A stretch of DNA of 64,000 bases from Cyanidioschyzon merolae (taxonomy: Eukaryota). The position numbers were made by a program, and so were the translations under genes. The notes beneath the pieces are model-generated. The model ran no database searches. It was not told the origin of the DNA and worked only from the letters and a program-made list of their open reading frames with translations. This document shows positions 13,000-25,756 of the stretch, in pieces; position 1 is the first letter of the stretch, and each line of letters begins with the position of its first letter. The stretch lies in assembly GCA_000091205.1 (NCBI GenBank), contig AP006488.2; one strand, 5' to 3'.

Positions 13000-13500
13000 G
13001 AACAAAAGGAAGCCTCTTGGTGAACAGCCCGTACGAGATATCATGCTGCTGCTGTTGAATGCAGTTTCATCGATGTCCGCGAAGCGGTTAGATTCTCTCT
13101 TTCGAATGGACTCCATTATTTGACATGAAAAGCCCGGTAAAATTTTGGCAGGTACTTGTGAACAAGCCGACAAGAGACGAGGTCGATTTTCTGTTCCATT
13201 TCAATCCAGTTGGATGCGTTGCTGCGCCAACGAGATGACTTGAAACACAATGTTCTAAAACTTCAAGCACGGGTGATTTGAGCATGCTACGAGTAAGGAC
13301 GGGAAACGAATGGAGGCTTCTGCGAAGGCGATGGATAATGATATCGGTTATTTTATGAACCCTTGTTGGAGGGTGTCGCGAACCATCTTGGTGACGATGG
13401 CGAAACGAATTTCAGCGTGGAGAGTCGACGGATCCACTCCAAAAACATAACCGAGAATACTAAAATTACACACGAATCCGCAAGCACTTGTTCCAGCACC
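13000..13500. repeat. Old, decayed copy of repeat family R (tail portion)
   Basis: ttcgaatggactccattatttgacatgaaaag...cttgaaacacaatgttctaaaacttcaagcacgggtgatttgagcatgct aligns to the tail of copy 2 (29690-29800). Confidence 0.6.
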
Positions 13501-16500
13501 TCGAGCGTCGAGGATGGACATGTGAAAAAATTCGAAAAAAATCGAAACGTTTCAGCCTTATCAACCAGAAGGTGCAGTTGCCAATGATCAGCGGACGATT
13601 GCGCTCCGGACAGTGGCACAATCGACACCTGCACCACGTGGCCAAGTATCCGCATGTCGAAGGTGCGATTCCCAATACGTCTGCCTATGGACACTTCACC
13701 CATACTGGTCTGTGCGAACTCGAGCCCTGAGAGACCCGCACTCTGCCTATCTACATGGTCGCAACAATCGCCAAGAATAGGCTAGCGCCGCTCGTTCCAC
13801 TCAGAGCAGTGAATCCCGGAACATCTGTACCAGCAGGCGGTTTTTTGTCTAACAAAGAGAGTCTCTATGAAGGTTGGAGAATGGTCGCGGAAAGACTTTG
13901 TGTGCGCACTGCTAGCTTTGGAGAAATGGCCTCACTTGTGCAAATCAGCTATTCGTCGGTCAGCTAGTGAGTGATCCATCCCTCTGCTCGTTCATATCCC
14001 GAATGCAGTACACCAAAAACTGAACTTGCCAAACTCTAGGCCAACGACTCTTCCCTCGACAATCTATTCCAGTCCAAATGCTCGCACCGTAATGCCACCA
14101 AAGATGCAATTCCATGTAAACTTTCGGTAACGTTTCCTCGAGCGGAGCTGAAGAGACGCGGATGGATCAAGAAACAGGCACGCCTCAACAGGAGACCGCA
14201 CCATTTCGAACAATACACAACAGATTCTGTATAGAAATGCGAATACTTTTCGTGGAAGCGACGGGCGTTCATCTCGCATGATGACAAATTCATCGATGAC
14301 CAATGCGAGACTTGTATAGACGTTGCCGTAGAGGGGCAAGCCGCTGTTTGTGAAGAAGAGTCAAGCGAGCATTCCGACAACGTCAGTTCTCGCGACGATT
14401 CAATACTGTGGTCGCCCATGAATCGCAACACAGAAAGCAGCGCTCAGCACCTGATCCTCCGTTGAAACACGCCTCGAGTTCCATCTTTTCGTGTCCTTCT
14501 CCTGGGCAATATCTCTCAGTCCATCACTGATGTCGGTCGGGGGGCGGGGGCGCGGTTTGTAGCTGCTCTTCGTGCTAGCACACGCTCGCGGGTTCCATCC
14601 GCTTAAAGACGTCGTATAGGATTTCAAACGCCATTTTGATCTACCGGAAGAACAGACGAGTCGTACGTAACCGTGTTACAGAAGTTCTTCGACAAATCAC
14701 TCTTTGTGTTCACCAGAACCGAATCCATGCATTGATTCTCCGCTCATTGGCAGCTGAGAAGGGAAAGGTGCGCTCCGGTCTGGGAGCGGGCATGCGATGG
14801 CTAAGGCGACGAAAAAGCACTTGAGAAACAGTGCGTACATTCAAAGAGAAGACGAGTTTCAGGCACGTCGAGCGATCAGTGCGTCTGAGTGCCAAGAAAG
14901 AAAACGTATACAGCGTATCATGAAAAAATCCACGCTACCTAGCCGAGTAAGCGAAAAGGCAAAGATGTCGAAGCCGAAAGAGATGCAACCACACGTCAAA
15001 GCAGAGAAATAGCTTCCCTAAAAGATGACGAGTTCCGACGGGAACGGAGCACCTTCCGATCGGAAAGATCATTGTTGGACCGCTGTCAACGCCTCACCAA
15101 TAAATCATATCCATTGGGAGAATCCTTGAAGGCGTCAGGCACACGACGCCATTAGAGATCGCGTAGCTTCTTACGCGCACAAGTCTTGCCTATTTCGTCT
15201 TGTCTTGGTGCACCGCGCCACGCGACGCTTCGGTGGAGTTCCAGACACGGGCGGCAAGCTCTCGGCATTTCTCTGGATTTTTTTCGGATCAGACCTTCGT
15301 GCGAGAACACCACTTATGCTCCGGATAGAAGGCGCAACACGGCCTGTTCATAGGATTCCGGATGTACTCGCACGCTTCCCAGAATACCTTGACACATTAC
15401 CGCGCCACCTCGGCGATCTGAGGATCGACAACGCAGATGCCAGAAAGTACGGAACTACATTCAACATACCAAATTAGGTTCAGTGTCGAGCGCTTCACGA
15501 AACACCTCCCATGCGCATTGTATCCTCACGTCACATACGCGATAAAATACGGATGGATGGACGGGATGCTTAGCGGGTCGATGGAGGAAAATGACGAGCG
15601 ATTGGCGGCAAGAGATCGAGGTGGTAGCGAGTTCGGAACTGATGTGCCAGCGATAGGGAGTATCGCTTCAGGTAATCCAAGCTCGTCGTGTTGCCGTCAG
15701 CCTCGGGTCGGCGGATTTCGTACCGAAAAGGATCGTTGAGACGCAACGCCTACCTTGCTTGCATCTACGGTTCCATGTTTCGCTGAGCAGATCTTCCCAG
15801 AGCAGACCAGAGCAGATTCCATCAGACCGTCGCCTCGAATCCAAGCGCCGTAGCCTCCGAAATCGCCAAGTGGATGTGCTCCCAGCACCTCAGATGGAAG
15901 CCCAGTCGATCACCCGAGACGCTTCTGCTCTGTACTGTATCGCATCTTCAGTGAGCTACAGCTGGTCTGTCTGCGCGCAGCTATTCCGCATTCCACTATA
16001 GAGGCTAAGAGCATTGCAGAGCTCGTTCAAGGCTCCTCGTGTACGGAGAAGGAATGGAACGAATTCTACAGTGCCGATGGAGCTCGCTGGAATACAAATC
16101 CGCATGTACTTGTGAGATCGAGGCCCAAGTCAAGCGATGCGACTCGGTCTCAGCCAAAGAAGACATATCAAGAGAGAAACATCATGGTGGGCCCGGATCC
16201 CCAGGTCTGAGAATATCATGACGGTTGTCGTACCTCTGAATCGAGAGAACGTATCGAGGGATATGCAGGGAATGCAAACGAAGCTACTCAGCTTTTCCCG
16301 GGCTCGATTTCACCCAGGAATGGGCATGATGAATGCGAGAAGGCACACGAAAACTGGAAAGACGGCGTCAGGGACCAGACCCCGGTGCTCTGAGCACACT
16401 GTCCTGCAGACGAGGATGCTTTGTGTGCTGCATTCAGAGAGAACACGAGCGTCCAAATGGCGTATGTCGACGATCTCTGGCAGAAATACCTGCGGACGCA

Positions 16501-18076
16501 CGGGAATGGCCAACGATTTTCGGCGTACAGGGGCAGGACGCGAGTATTCAGCGACTTGTTTCATGAACAGGAAAAGAAATACGACGGATCGTTCGTCTCG
16601 TTGGGTGACGGTACCCTATGGCGCAAGACGTGCTGTGGCGCTCGTGGGCTGCACGCCTGCTCCTCTGACGAGAACGTAGAACGAGTGCAGGAAACGATTC
16701 TGTACGACGCCTGTCGATGAGTTACGGCCAACAGAGAAACGTCACGAGCACGAGTGCCCGTTGAAACAGCCAGAAACGAAGCGCTTGAAACAGAGCACGA
16801 TGGACGAGATGGGGTACGGCATGCCGAGCGGACGTCTGCTTACGAGGCAGTCAGATGCATGAGGCTCGCAATGTTGCGATACAGTCGCCAACAAGGTATG
16901 CAAGCGCTTTCTGTGCCAAGACTTGGACGCCTCAATCAACACCCGAAAAAGTCGAGTGCTTTCGGAGCGTCCTGCGGCTCTGTGTCAAGCGAAAATTCCT
17001 GGTAATCGTTTCGTATTCTTTGTCGGCATTGCGCTGAAATGCTGAAGACTCCGGATTGAAAAAACTCAGTGGCCAGGAGAGATGGCATTAGATTCTCGCC
17101 CGGAGCGAGGCACTGTTGTGGTCGAGCGCATCCATCGAGCGAGGTAGCAGCGTCGTATGTGTATACTGCGAACGTTTTACCTCGGCAGTGATGTCATGAT
17201 CATGGTGTTCCATTATTCGGCGTTACCAAGCATATGCGTCTCTTTACAGAGTCGTGAAATCCAATCCCTTGATCCTACTCCCAGCGGGACTTGCATGCCT
17301 AGTGGTCGGTTCGAAAACAGTCTCCCATGTCTCTTTGCGATCATGTCACAAGGATGAACCAATCTATGTGCAGGCGTTCATTCCGAAAGCAACAGTGTCG
17401 GTCCTTAGACGAATTTTCGAATCCGGTCGCCTCGTCCGATACAGCGCTGCGTATGCGCGACGATATTGATATCAGTGTTTGCATAAGAAAATCATATCAT
17501 TTCCACCACTTCCGGTTCAGGTATAAAACGTCGGTATGAGGAATCTGGTGCCCATCATCGCAAATGGTCGCGTAACGAGTTCCCGCCGACGACCTGAGGC
17601 ACAGTGCACGGGCCATGCTCCATCGGTGTCGCGTATTGCACCAGTTACGAGCACGAGAAAGCACTATCCTTCCATGACATGGTGGCAGTGCGCATGTGCC
17701 CGGGTCTGTTCTGACGCTTTCAGGGTCGCAACAGGAACGCAAGGCCCCGTCCCGTAATCCACCGACCGCAAAGCTGCCTTTGTTCCATAGTGGGAGCCTT
17801 ACAGGATCCAGTGCGTCCTGTCCGTGCCTCGGGGATATCTTGGAGCCGGACGGATCGGCCGTACCCGCAAGCGTCACAAAGCCAGCACGGAAACTGTACG
17901 AGGAATCCCATAGATTCTGCACCAGACCCGACACACTGGCATGAATCCGCTGACAGCATCAGTGTTCCCGAACAGCACAACAACGATCCGTTGGGTATTG
18001 TGTACCTCGACTGCACGGTTCACCTTGCAGCGAGCTCGCGCGTTTGTACCGAGTGTCTATCCGCTCGTCCCGCATC

Positions 18077-19865
18077 TCAATTGTTTGCCGAGTTCTCCGA
18101 AACTGCGTGCACCTCGGGGCGTACAAAGGGATACGCAAAATCGGGAAAGAACCATCCACGGCGTGCGTCCTCCTTGAACGGCCTTATAGGCACTGGCAGA
18201 CTTTGAACCGCCTCGCGCATCTCCCGCAACAGTTCGGAGACATCAGGACCTTCAAAGATGATTTCCGCGACCCAGTCCGGCATCCCATCCTCGGGGCCGG
18301 TGACCTTGGCACCGGCCTTCGCAAGGTAACGTTTCAAACGGCAGTGCGCGTACTTGTCAAGACCCTCGAGCCAATCGCTACGCTCCACAATACCTGAATA
18401 CGGAGCGTTAACGGCTGCCTGTGCGAAGCAGACGAGGGGCTCTGGCGGCATCCGCGGACGGATGGGAATTCCGAGCGCAGTCATGATGTGTTCTTCGACG
18501 AGATCAACGCCCCAGGTGCGCAAGTTTGCGTCACGAACGCACATACCTCCCATGCGGGCGTTGACTTCTATCAAACGCGGTCCTCTGGAGGTGTACTTCA
18601 CTTCAACGTGGAAGGCCCCATCTGTGAACCCCAGCGCTCGGAGTGTCTGCGATGCGAACGCTTTCAGCTCCGCCTGTTTTTCCTCCGGGTACAGCGAGGG
18701 AATGTTCATGCCAGTCTCCTGGAACCAAGGCTCCCAGCACGCCCAATTATCGGACAGGGAGGCGTAGACAACCTCACCCTTCGACATGAGCGCATCGACA
18801 TCGAATTCATCGCCATCGTAGAACTCTTCGAGCAGCAGATCCGTGCCCTGAGTCCAGATTGTATCAAGATGAACATCCATTGTCGCACGGATCGCCCGAA
18901 ATGTGTCGACCAGCTCATCTTGACTCGACACTTTATGCACGCCCATGGAGGCTGCGCCAAACGCAGGTTTCAGGATTGCCGGGAAGCCCACATGCTGACC
19001 CGCAGGCTCCAGATCCACCACATCGGTGATGCGGTAGCATTTGGGCGTCGCCAAACCATGTTGTCGCATGATTTCCCTGGTGACATACTTGTTCCGAGCT
19101 GCTTGGCAGGCGGCGCTCGGGTTTCCAGGCAAGTTCAGAGCTTCTGCCAAACGGGCAACCACGGCAACTGCGTCCTCATAAAATGTGGCCACAGCGTCAA
19201 ACGTTATTCCGGAATCAAGAATAGCATCGACTGCACGCTCAAAAAGGGTGTTGTAGTCTGTAAAATCCAATTCAATGTAGGACTCGATGACGTCCTCGTC
19301 GACGAGGCATTTCGCCCAGCTGTCAGGGCCATCCAGAATGCTAACTTTGACCCCAAGTTCCTTCAAATGTTCAAAGATAAATCGCTTACCACTGTATCCG
19401 GCCTGGAAAATGAGAACCTGTGCACCTCTGAGCAGCTTCCGCCGAATAGCCTGAGCTTCGGGTGTATCTCGCTCTAGGAGCTGCGGTTTGACGTGCGGAA
19501 AGTTACTGAATACTGGCGAGAAGTCCATCGGACTCGCCCCACTTCTGCCGAACTTCAGTCGACTGAGAAGAGAGGGAGAAAATGACTCGCCACTGCCCCG
19601 TGCGAGCACTGCTTTTGGCACCAGAAAGTTTGCCGATTGGAGTGAGCGTGCGAGCTCCTGGCCCTGGTCCTGCTGGCGGCCGCTGCGCGCACTCCCTGGT
19701 GCGTCCAAGCTGCCGCTGATCATAACCTCTAGCTCTGCGACGCCAGGTACCCGCTCGATCGCTGTCGACGGCAGCTTCCGCTTATTGAGCAAAAAGTCGA
19801 CACTGTCACCGGCACTGCCTACCGGCTCGCGATACTGCGCGAGAGACTCGGTGAAGGAGCTCATG
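18077..19865 (-). CDS. ATP-grasp enzyme, carnosine synthase / L-amino-acid ligase-like (595-600 aa)
   Basis: ATP-grasp core FPAILKPAFGAASMGVHKV...LLLEEFYDGDEFDVDALM...FHVEVKYTSRGPRLIEVNARMGG, preceded by a pre-ATP-grasp region of about 250 aa. The track start is a non-ATG codon, and the first ATG is about 5 codons in (MSSFTESL), near 19863. Confidence 0.75.
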
Positions 19866-22377
19866 AGCACGACTGTCACAATGTACTACTTTGAAGTGCT
19901 CCCCAATCCAGCCACTTTAGCCGTGCTATGTGCACTCCCAGGATCCGGGATCGTCTAAAGTGGACCGAATGCCCCTTGACGAAATATCCTGCACCCAAAA
20001 CTCTGCTCTGCGGTGCTGCGCAAATGTCAGCCGCAGAGGCTACGAGCAGGAAACTCGCTCCATCATCGCCGCCGCTGGTACGCAGGATCGACTCAGATTC
20101 GTCGATCAGTTCAACGGTTGCTTTCTGATCGCGGCGGCGGCGGGCGCACGAGCGGTCTACGTGCAACGCTGCGATCAGCGAGATGTGACGATGCGGTGCT
20201 GCAGCGCGTCACATCTGCTGCAGCATGCGCATCACCGGAGGACGCTGGCCTACGGAAACGTTTTGTCCATGAAAAAGATCTGCTGCTGCATCGGATTGCA
20301 GCAGCTATTGTCTTTCACCAGGATTCTGTTCCACATCCAGTAGCGTGGCATCAAATGCTTTTCCGCGGTTCATAGCAGATATGTTCGAAGTGTGTTTATT
20401 TGGAGAAACAAAAGATCCATGGCACAGGAATAGACGTGGATGTCGGGCATCCTGGAGCGCTGTCATCGATGATCGCCAGAATGAAACGGAAAAACCCTCT
20501 TTTCGCCGACTATGGAGCGAAGGAGAGGAAGAGCAACAAGGGGAGATGCACGAGAAGCGGTGCTTGCACAGCGGGACGGTGACTAAACTGTAGAGGCACA
20601 GAGCGCACGAGTTCAAGGAATCCTTGCATTGGTGCGTTCAACAGTGGCAAAAGACGCATGGAGTTCATCAACCGAGACTGTAACGCCGCTGTGAATATCA
20701 TACAATGAGTGGCGTTGTAGACGAGACCCGAGGAGCTAGCGAAATCTAATTTTATTCGGCAAACTCTCAGGCTCGAGAGGTGCCTTGATAAACTGAAACC
20801 GAAAGCAGGCGGTCGGTCGAAAAAGTTGGGAGACGCCTGCGTATGGGTATTCATTTACCCACCATGGTTGTGGGATATTTTTCGTTCTATCAACGATGTC
20901 TTTCTCGTCGATGGACCATGGGCAAGCGTGTTTAGCTCATCTGGAGGTTCGCGGTTGCACAGGCCCGACCGGAGCCCGAGTTAGGGGGCCTCTTCTCGCT
21001 GGCGGACACGTCTACATAGCACCCGACGAGCAACGTCTAGCGGATGAGAGTCGTTGCCTTTTGGTAGCGCACAGCGAGCGATAAGCAGAGGAAGGTGCCA
21101 GTTTTACGCATGGACCTGAAACGGTGCTCGCGCAATGCTCGGAAAAGCCTCACAGAATATCGGCAAGTGTTCGTTCGTTCATTCAGCGTTTGGAATTGAT
21201 GAGGCTCTGGATACCTGTGTCTCCCAGTGGTTTCCAGAGAGTCGGGGCATGTGTTGTGTTCTTTCCCAGCCGTGTCTTCATCCTCGCGGATTCTGCCGAG
21301 GGGCGCGCTTCACGTCGGAGCGCGGTAGCTTCCGCGCCATCCCGGGCAACACGGAATTCGTTCTGCTGCTGTGGTGCATTCGCCGCTGGAGTGTCGACCT
21401 GTTCGGCACTGTGTTTCTTTCGTGCCGCTCTGTCTCGAAACGCTGTGTCCTGTGCGAGTCGGCAGCCTCCATCGACGGAATGTTGAGGTCGACTCTCGAG
21501 CGACGCTTCACGCACGGTCGTGCACTTGAAAAAACACTTCATTAACGTTCGGCGAAGCATCATGCTCGCATGCAACTCGTGAATAACATTTTGCCAACGA
21601 GAAATATCTCAGCGGTTTGCCGAAAGTATTTCTCATTTCGAAACGCGGTGGAATTGAGTGCTGCAGCCAGCCATATTGAAGCGCTGTAATGGGAACGCGC
21701 TTTCAGAGGCACGTGCACGGGCAAGAGAGCCTCTTCGGTGCTCTACTTCTGGTCGAGCACCAAGAGCACGACACTTGAGCGATGTGACGGCGGACGGATG
21801 ACACCCGTTGCATCCGGCCACGGTAACGCTACTGGATAAAAGTAGTGGCATGATGTAGACAGAATATGGAATTACAGCATACCCACCGCCATAGTGAGAT
21901 GCGGGACGCTTAGTACGGAAAAGTTACGCATGTACTACTTCCTGTGCCACAAGCAGACTTTCTGTCAAGGTACGAAACGCTGCGTACCTACATCTTTCTC
22001 CTGGACGCGGCGAACGAGGTATCTGCAGATGCGAGCGCACGCACTTCCATTGCAGCCAGCACATTATCGTCCATATTTGCGCGATCTATCCAAAATGAAG
22101 GCAATCTTCGCTGTCGCGTGTCTGTACTGAGAGGCAAAGAGCAAAGCCCAATTCCTAGGCGAGCACGCTTCTGGTATTTATGACGGCGACGGCAATCGTT
22201 TTGCAGAGATACCGACTTACGCGGGGGTATATCCGACGCCGCGGGGAATGGTTTAGACGAAATCGCGTGTACAGCAGAAACGTATCGATATCCTGGACCA
22301 CAGGCATTTGGGTGTGACAGCTGCTGCTGCTGCCGAGTCCAAAACGCCGCTATGTTGCAGTGAGGCTCCCAGCCACC

Positions 22378-23793
22378 TCATGAGGTCACAGGCGGCAACC
22401 TGTTTTTCCCGTGGATGAAAAAGCAGTATGGATGACGATACCGATACTCATGCCAGCGATACGGTTCGTTTCCGAGATTGTGAATAAACTCGATCTGGGC
22501 AAAATACTGCAGTCGAAATGATCGATCCCAGAACTCCTCTGTGCTGGCAAAAAGCTGCCGATCAATCGCAACATCAAACGCCGCAGAGCGGTGACGATTC
22601 CAGACTCGCCACAGCCATCGACAGAAATCCAAGTCACCTACTCGATAGAGCGCATTTCCGTTCATCTGCGTTCGATGCGCATCTTGGTGGTACTGCAGTC
22701 GCCAGGAGATGCGTGCATCCAGGTTGGTGCTTCGCAGCGGAGAGCCCAGCATCCACAGACGACGAGCATCCGCGAGCGCTACGATCCGACGAAGCGCATC
22801 ATTGTACTGCGCTTGCACCGCATTGCAGTCTGGTTCGCACCAAAACAAGTATCGTACTCGGGGTAGACTCGTGGACTCATGTGGACCACTAAAGATGCTT
22901 CGCTGCGATGACTGTCGCCCCAGGGACAATCGATGGAAGCGCAGCGCCCTGTGTTCCGTGTTCATCCAGGGCTCTGCGGAGCGTTCAGCCGGCTTGCCGC
23001 CAGCGGCGGCCAGGCTCAGAGCAAACACCAAAGGATAGAACATACTGCCGGTGCCTGCAGAGTCACGTTCGGAAAGCCATGAGCTAGGCCTGTAACGATC
23101 AGCAGTGCTGTCCAGACGCGCCTCGATGAGGTACACACCATGATCCAAACAGGAAGGCCATGTTGGAGCTGTCGCTTTTCGGAGCGCGTCGACGACACGA
23201 AGGTAGAGGTCGCTATCCCAGATTGTGTTGATATAAAACGCCAACACTGTTTGACTCGAAGTGCGCTCTGCAGTCTCTACCGGGCAAGCTAGTGGAAGAT
23301 TCCAGTGAATCCACCGCTCAACTGCCTCGAATTGATGTTTTGCAAACGGCACAACAATCACTTGCCCACGGGCATGCGTCTGCCGCATCGACGACGACCT
23401 ATCCATCGAAGATCGCTTCATGGAATCAGGAATATCCTCGCTTACTCTCCGATGCAGAATGTGTTGAGGCGTTAGAAGAGTCCATGGAAAGCTCTCGTTG
23501 AACCAGGCGTTACCAGGTGCTACCATGAACGCGTTTCGGGGCGTTGCGGCGTTCCATGGACTGCTCCCGTTATACCATGCAGTCGCAGTCGCCGGTCCCT
23601 CGCTGCCGCTAGACTGCAGAACGGCATATGGTGATAGGAGACGCACCATACCCCACTGCTTATCGCGCTGGTCAAGGTTTCGGTTCTCTATACCCGCCAA
23701 GTCGTGCGTGAACAACCCCGCGCGGTGAAAGAAAAGGATTCGCGTCAGCAATATCTTACACAGTTGTAAGAAAACACGCCAGCAGCGCTTCAT
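22378..23793 (-). CDS. Hypothetical signal-anchored (type II membrane) protein, possible Golgi glycosyltransferase-like; function unassigned
   Basis: 471-aa ORF with real ATG. N-terminal hydrophobic anchor WRVFLQLCKILLTRILFF. N-x-S/T sites. Trp/Arg-rich luminal domain. No family recognised. Confidence 0.5.
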   Translation of the reverse strand: MKRCWRVFLQLCKILLTRILFFHRAGLFTHDLAGIENRNLDQRDKQWGMVRLLSPYAVLQSSGSEGPATATAWYNGSSPWNAATPRNAFMVAPGNAWFNESFPWTLLTPQHILHRRVSEDIPDSMKRSSMDRSSSMRQTHARGQVIVVPFAKHQFEAVERWIHWNLPLACPVETAERTSSQTVLAFYINTIWDSDLYLRVVDALRKATAPTWPSCLDHGVYLIEARLDSTADRYRPSSWLSERDSAGTGSMFYPLVFALSLAAAGGKPAERSAEPWMNTEHRALRFHRLSLGRQSSQRSIFSGPHESTSLPRVRYLFWCEPDCNAVQAQYNDALRRIVALADARRLWMLGSPLRSTNLDARISWRLQYHQDAHRTQMNGNALYRVGDLDFCRWLWRVWNRHRSAAFDVAIDRQLFASTEEFWDRSFRLQYFAQIEFIHNLGNEPYRWHEYRYRHPYCFFIHGKNRLPPVTS

Positions 23794-24203
23794 CTTTCCG
23801 CGTTAGTGCTGCTGAGTGCGTTTAAGACGGTACAACAGACGAGCTCAAGTCGCTGCCGAACGGCTGGACGTTTCTGACGGGTCACTTATCCATCGCTTCA
23901 AACGTGCTGGAAGACACACTTTATTCAGTTGTCTTTGTCGCGGAGCAACTATTCAGTACCAACGTCAAATTTGTAACTTGTCCTGGAAGCGTTGCCGTTC
24001 AGAGCTTAGAGCGTGCCAGCAACGCGTTTAGTGGAAGAAAGACCCGCGACTGCCGGAAAAGGATGCGAACACCGTGCAGGGCAAGCACCCGTTCCACGAG
24101 GAATCAGCAGATACGCCACCACTTCAACTCAGTTCAACTAGAAACGAGTGAACCTCGAGCCCTTGACACAGTATCCATCATATCGACGAAGCGCTCTTGA
24201 TGG

Positions 24204-25160
24204 CTCGATGCAATTACATCAGCATAGAACGGAAAAGGTTTTCCGATTCGTACGCACCTACCAAAGTTTAGGTTGTACCCGCGCTCATCAACACCAGAAT
24301 TTGCGGGCTTTTTCTGCGACAGCTTCCTTTGCCGCTCGCTTTTCTCCAGTTTAAAGCAAGGTAGTCGTATCTGCAGCCTAAGGCTCCAGTGTCAGCAGTC
24401 GGAGGATATACCGATGGCGCCAATAACGCCTAGCTTTCGTTGCTTCCCGCAGTTGTGAACGCGTTGCATGTGTAGAAGGTAGCTGCGATCTAGACACTTT
24501 GCTCGCCGCTATCCTATTCGCCTTTCGGTGAAACCTCGGTGCGTTCCGCAAAGCGATTACACGTGCCTGTGGTCGGTGTTGCTCACAAGTCCACAGCATG
24601 TTCTCCATCGAGCGCCGTACCATGGTGCATCGACGCTTGCTTCATTACTCGGTCCGTGCGCTTGACTGGCGAAGAAGGCTCTCTGCGGTGCTTGCCTCCT
24701 TGACAGCGTCCAGCGCGGTACCCGGACGGTCGTGGACTTGTTCTTGGCGATACCTCCCGCGCGTATGCGTTCCAGTGCATGGAAAAGGATACGCGTTTCC
24801 GTCCAATGGATAGCCTGTTGAACGCAATATGAACCCTGCTGAAACCATTACCCAAAGACAAGTCCAGGTAATAGAACGAATCGGGGGAAATTGTCGCGTG
24901 TACGCTCCTGTAGTGCGAAGCGGTTGCGTATTGCCCGCTGTAAGCGAATCGCTGTGGTGACGGAGGCTCAAGACCCTTTACCACACAAATCATTGAACGT
25001 GGAGTCTCTGGGAGCATATCCCATGAGAGGTAGCATGCTGCTGACGAATGCAGTTTCGTTGATAACCGCATATAGAAGAGGAGGAGTCGTTCAAACGGAA
25101 TCGAATCTTCGTGGTGACCATTTCATTCCAATTTTGACATGAAGATATCGAAAAGTCGTC
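24204..25160 (+). repeat. Young dispersed repeat, copy 1 (~0.95 kb); non-coding member of window-wide repeat family R
   Basis: Near-identical (few percent divergence by eye) to 28704-29646 and 59042-59877. Starts tcagcatagaacggaaaaggttttccgattcgtacgcacc. Internal ORFs accumulate nonsynonymous differences between copies. Confidence 0.85.
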
Positions 25161-25756
25161 AAGAAGTGACGCCGAGCATTCGTCCTCAAAACAGAGGCGC
25201 GAATCCCTTCGTCCATGAGTTGCCTTGAAATAGAAGGATCGCAAATTAGGTGAATGCGTGTTCTGAGCACACTACTCATAAAGAAAGGAATATAGTGGAT
25301 GCTTGTGCACATGAACAATTCCATCGTGTCTACGTTTTACCAACTGTTGTCTGAGTGCGTCGGGAGCCATTCTGATATCGGTGACGGAACCTATTCCAGA
25401 GACAACGCGTCAAAGAAGCCACTCCGACCACACGATCGAGAGTCCTAAGAACACATTCGAAGCCATAAACCCTTTTGTTGCACCTCAGACGTCCAGGCTG
25501 AACGTCAACCAAAACGAAATCGGGAACAAATACCGAAACACCTGAACACAGGGATCCAATCAACCTTCCTGTTTTGCTCTAACAATGAGAGCGCGTCGAC
25601 TGCGAGCTTCGCAGGCAGCGTCTCCTCGAATGGCGAGGCGTTCATCGCGCCTCTGAACGCAAGCTCTATGCCAGGCGTCCGGGAAGAGCCTCCTTCATAG
25701 GCGTTCTGCCGGACACGCTCCGAAGGTACTCACAGGCAGCACATCATAGGTTTCTG

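Noticed and set aside
16421-16720. YVDD tetrapeptide (AYVDDLW) suggesting reverse transcriptase
   Set aside because: No surrounding RT motifs (no F/YxDD context, no upstream box A/B). The isolated 99-aa ORF is likely a chance match.
18488-19477. Long antisense ORFs opposite real genes: 329 aa opposite the ATP-grasp gene, 280 aa at 56118-56960 opposite CHO2, 198 aa at 61179-61775 opposite the RbcX-like gene, 168 aa at 6444-6950 opposite DnaJ, 169 aa at 31260-31769 opposite the adaptin
   Set aside because: These are shadow ORFs, expected in 57%-GC coding DNA. Their sequences are low-complexity or Arg/Cys/His-rich with no family resemblance.
20890-21110. Short nested palindromes (gacgagcaacgtc, ccatgg pairs) suggesting a structured ncRNA between the ATP-grasp gene and the orphan membrane-protein gene
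   Set aside because: No recognisable conserved boxes of RNase P, MRP, SRP or snRNAs. The evidence is too weak to call.
24273-25071. ORFs inside the young repeat (61 aa, 162 aa, 108 aa, 83 aa), reproduced in all three copies
   Set aside because: Differences between copies are scattered and mostly nonsynonymous. There is no domain resemblance. Treated as non-coding repeat sequence.
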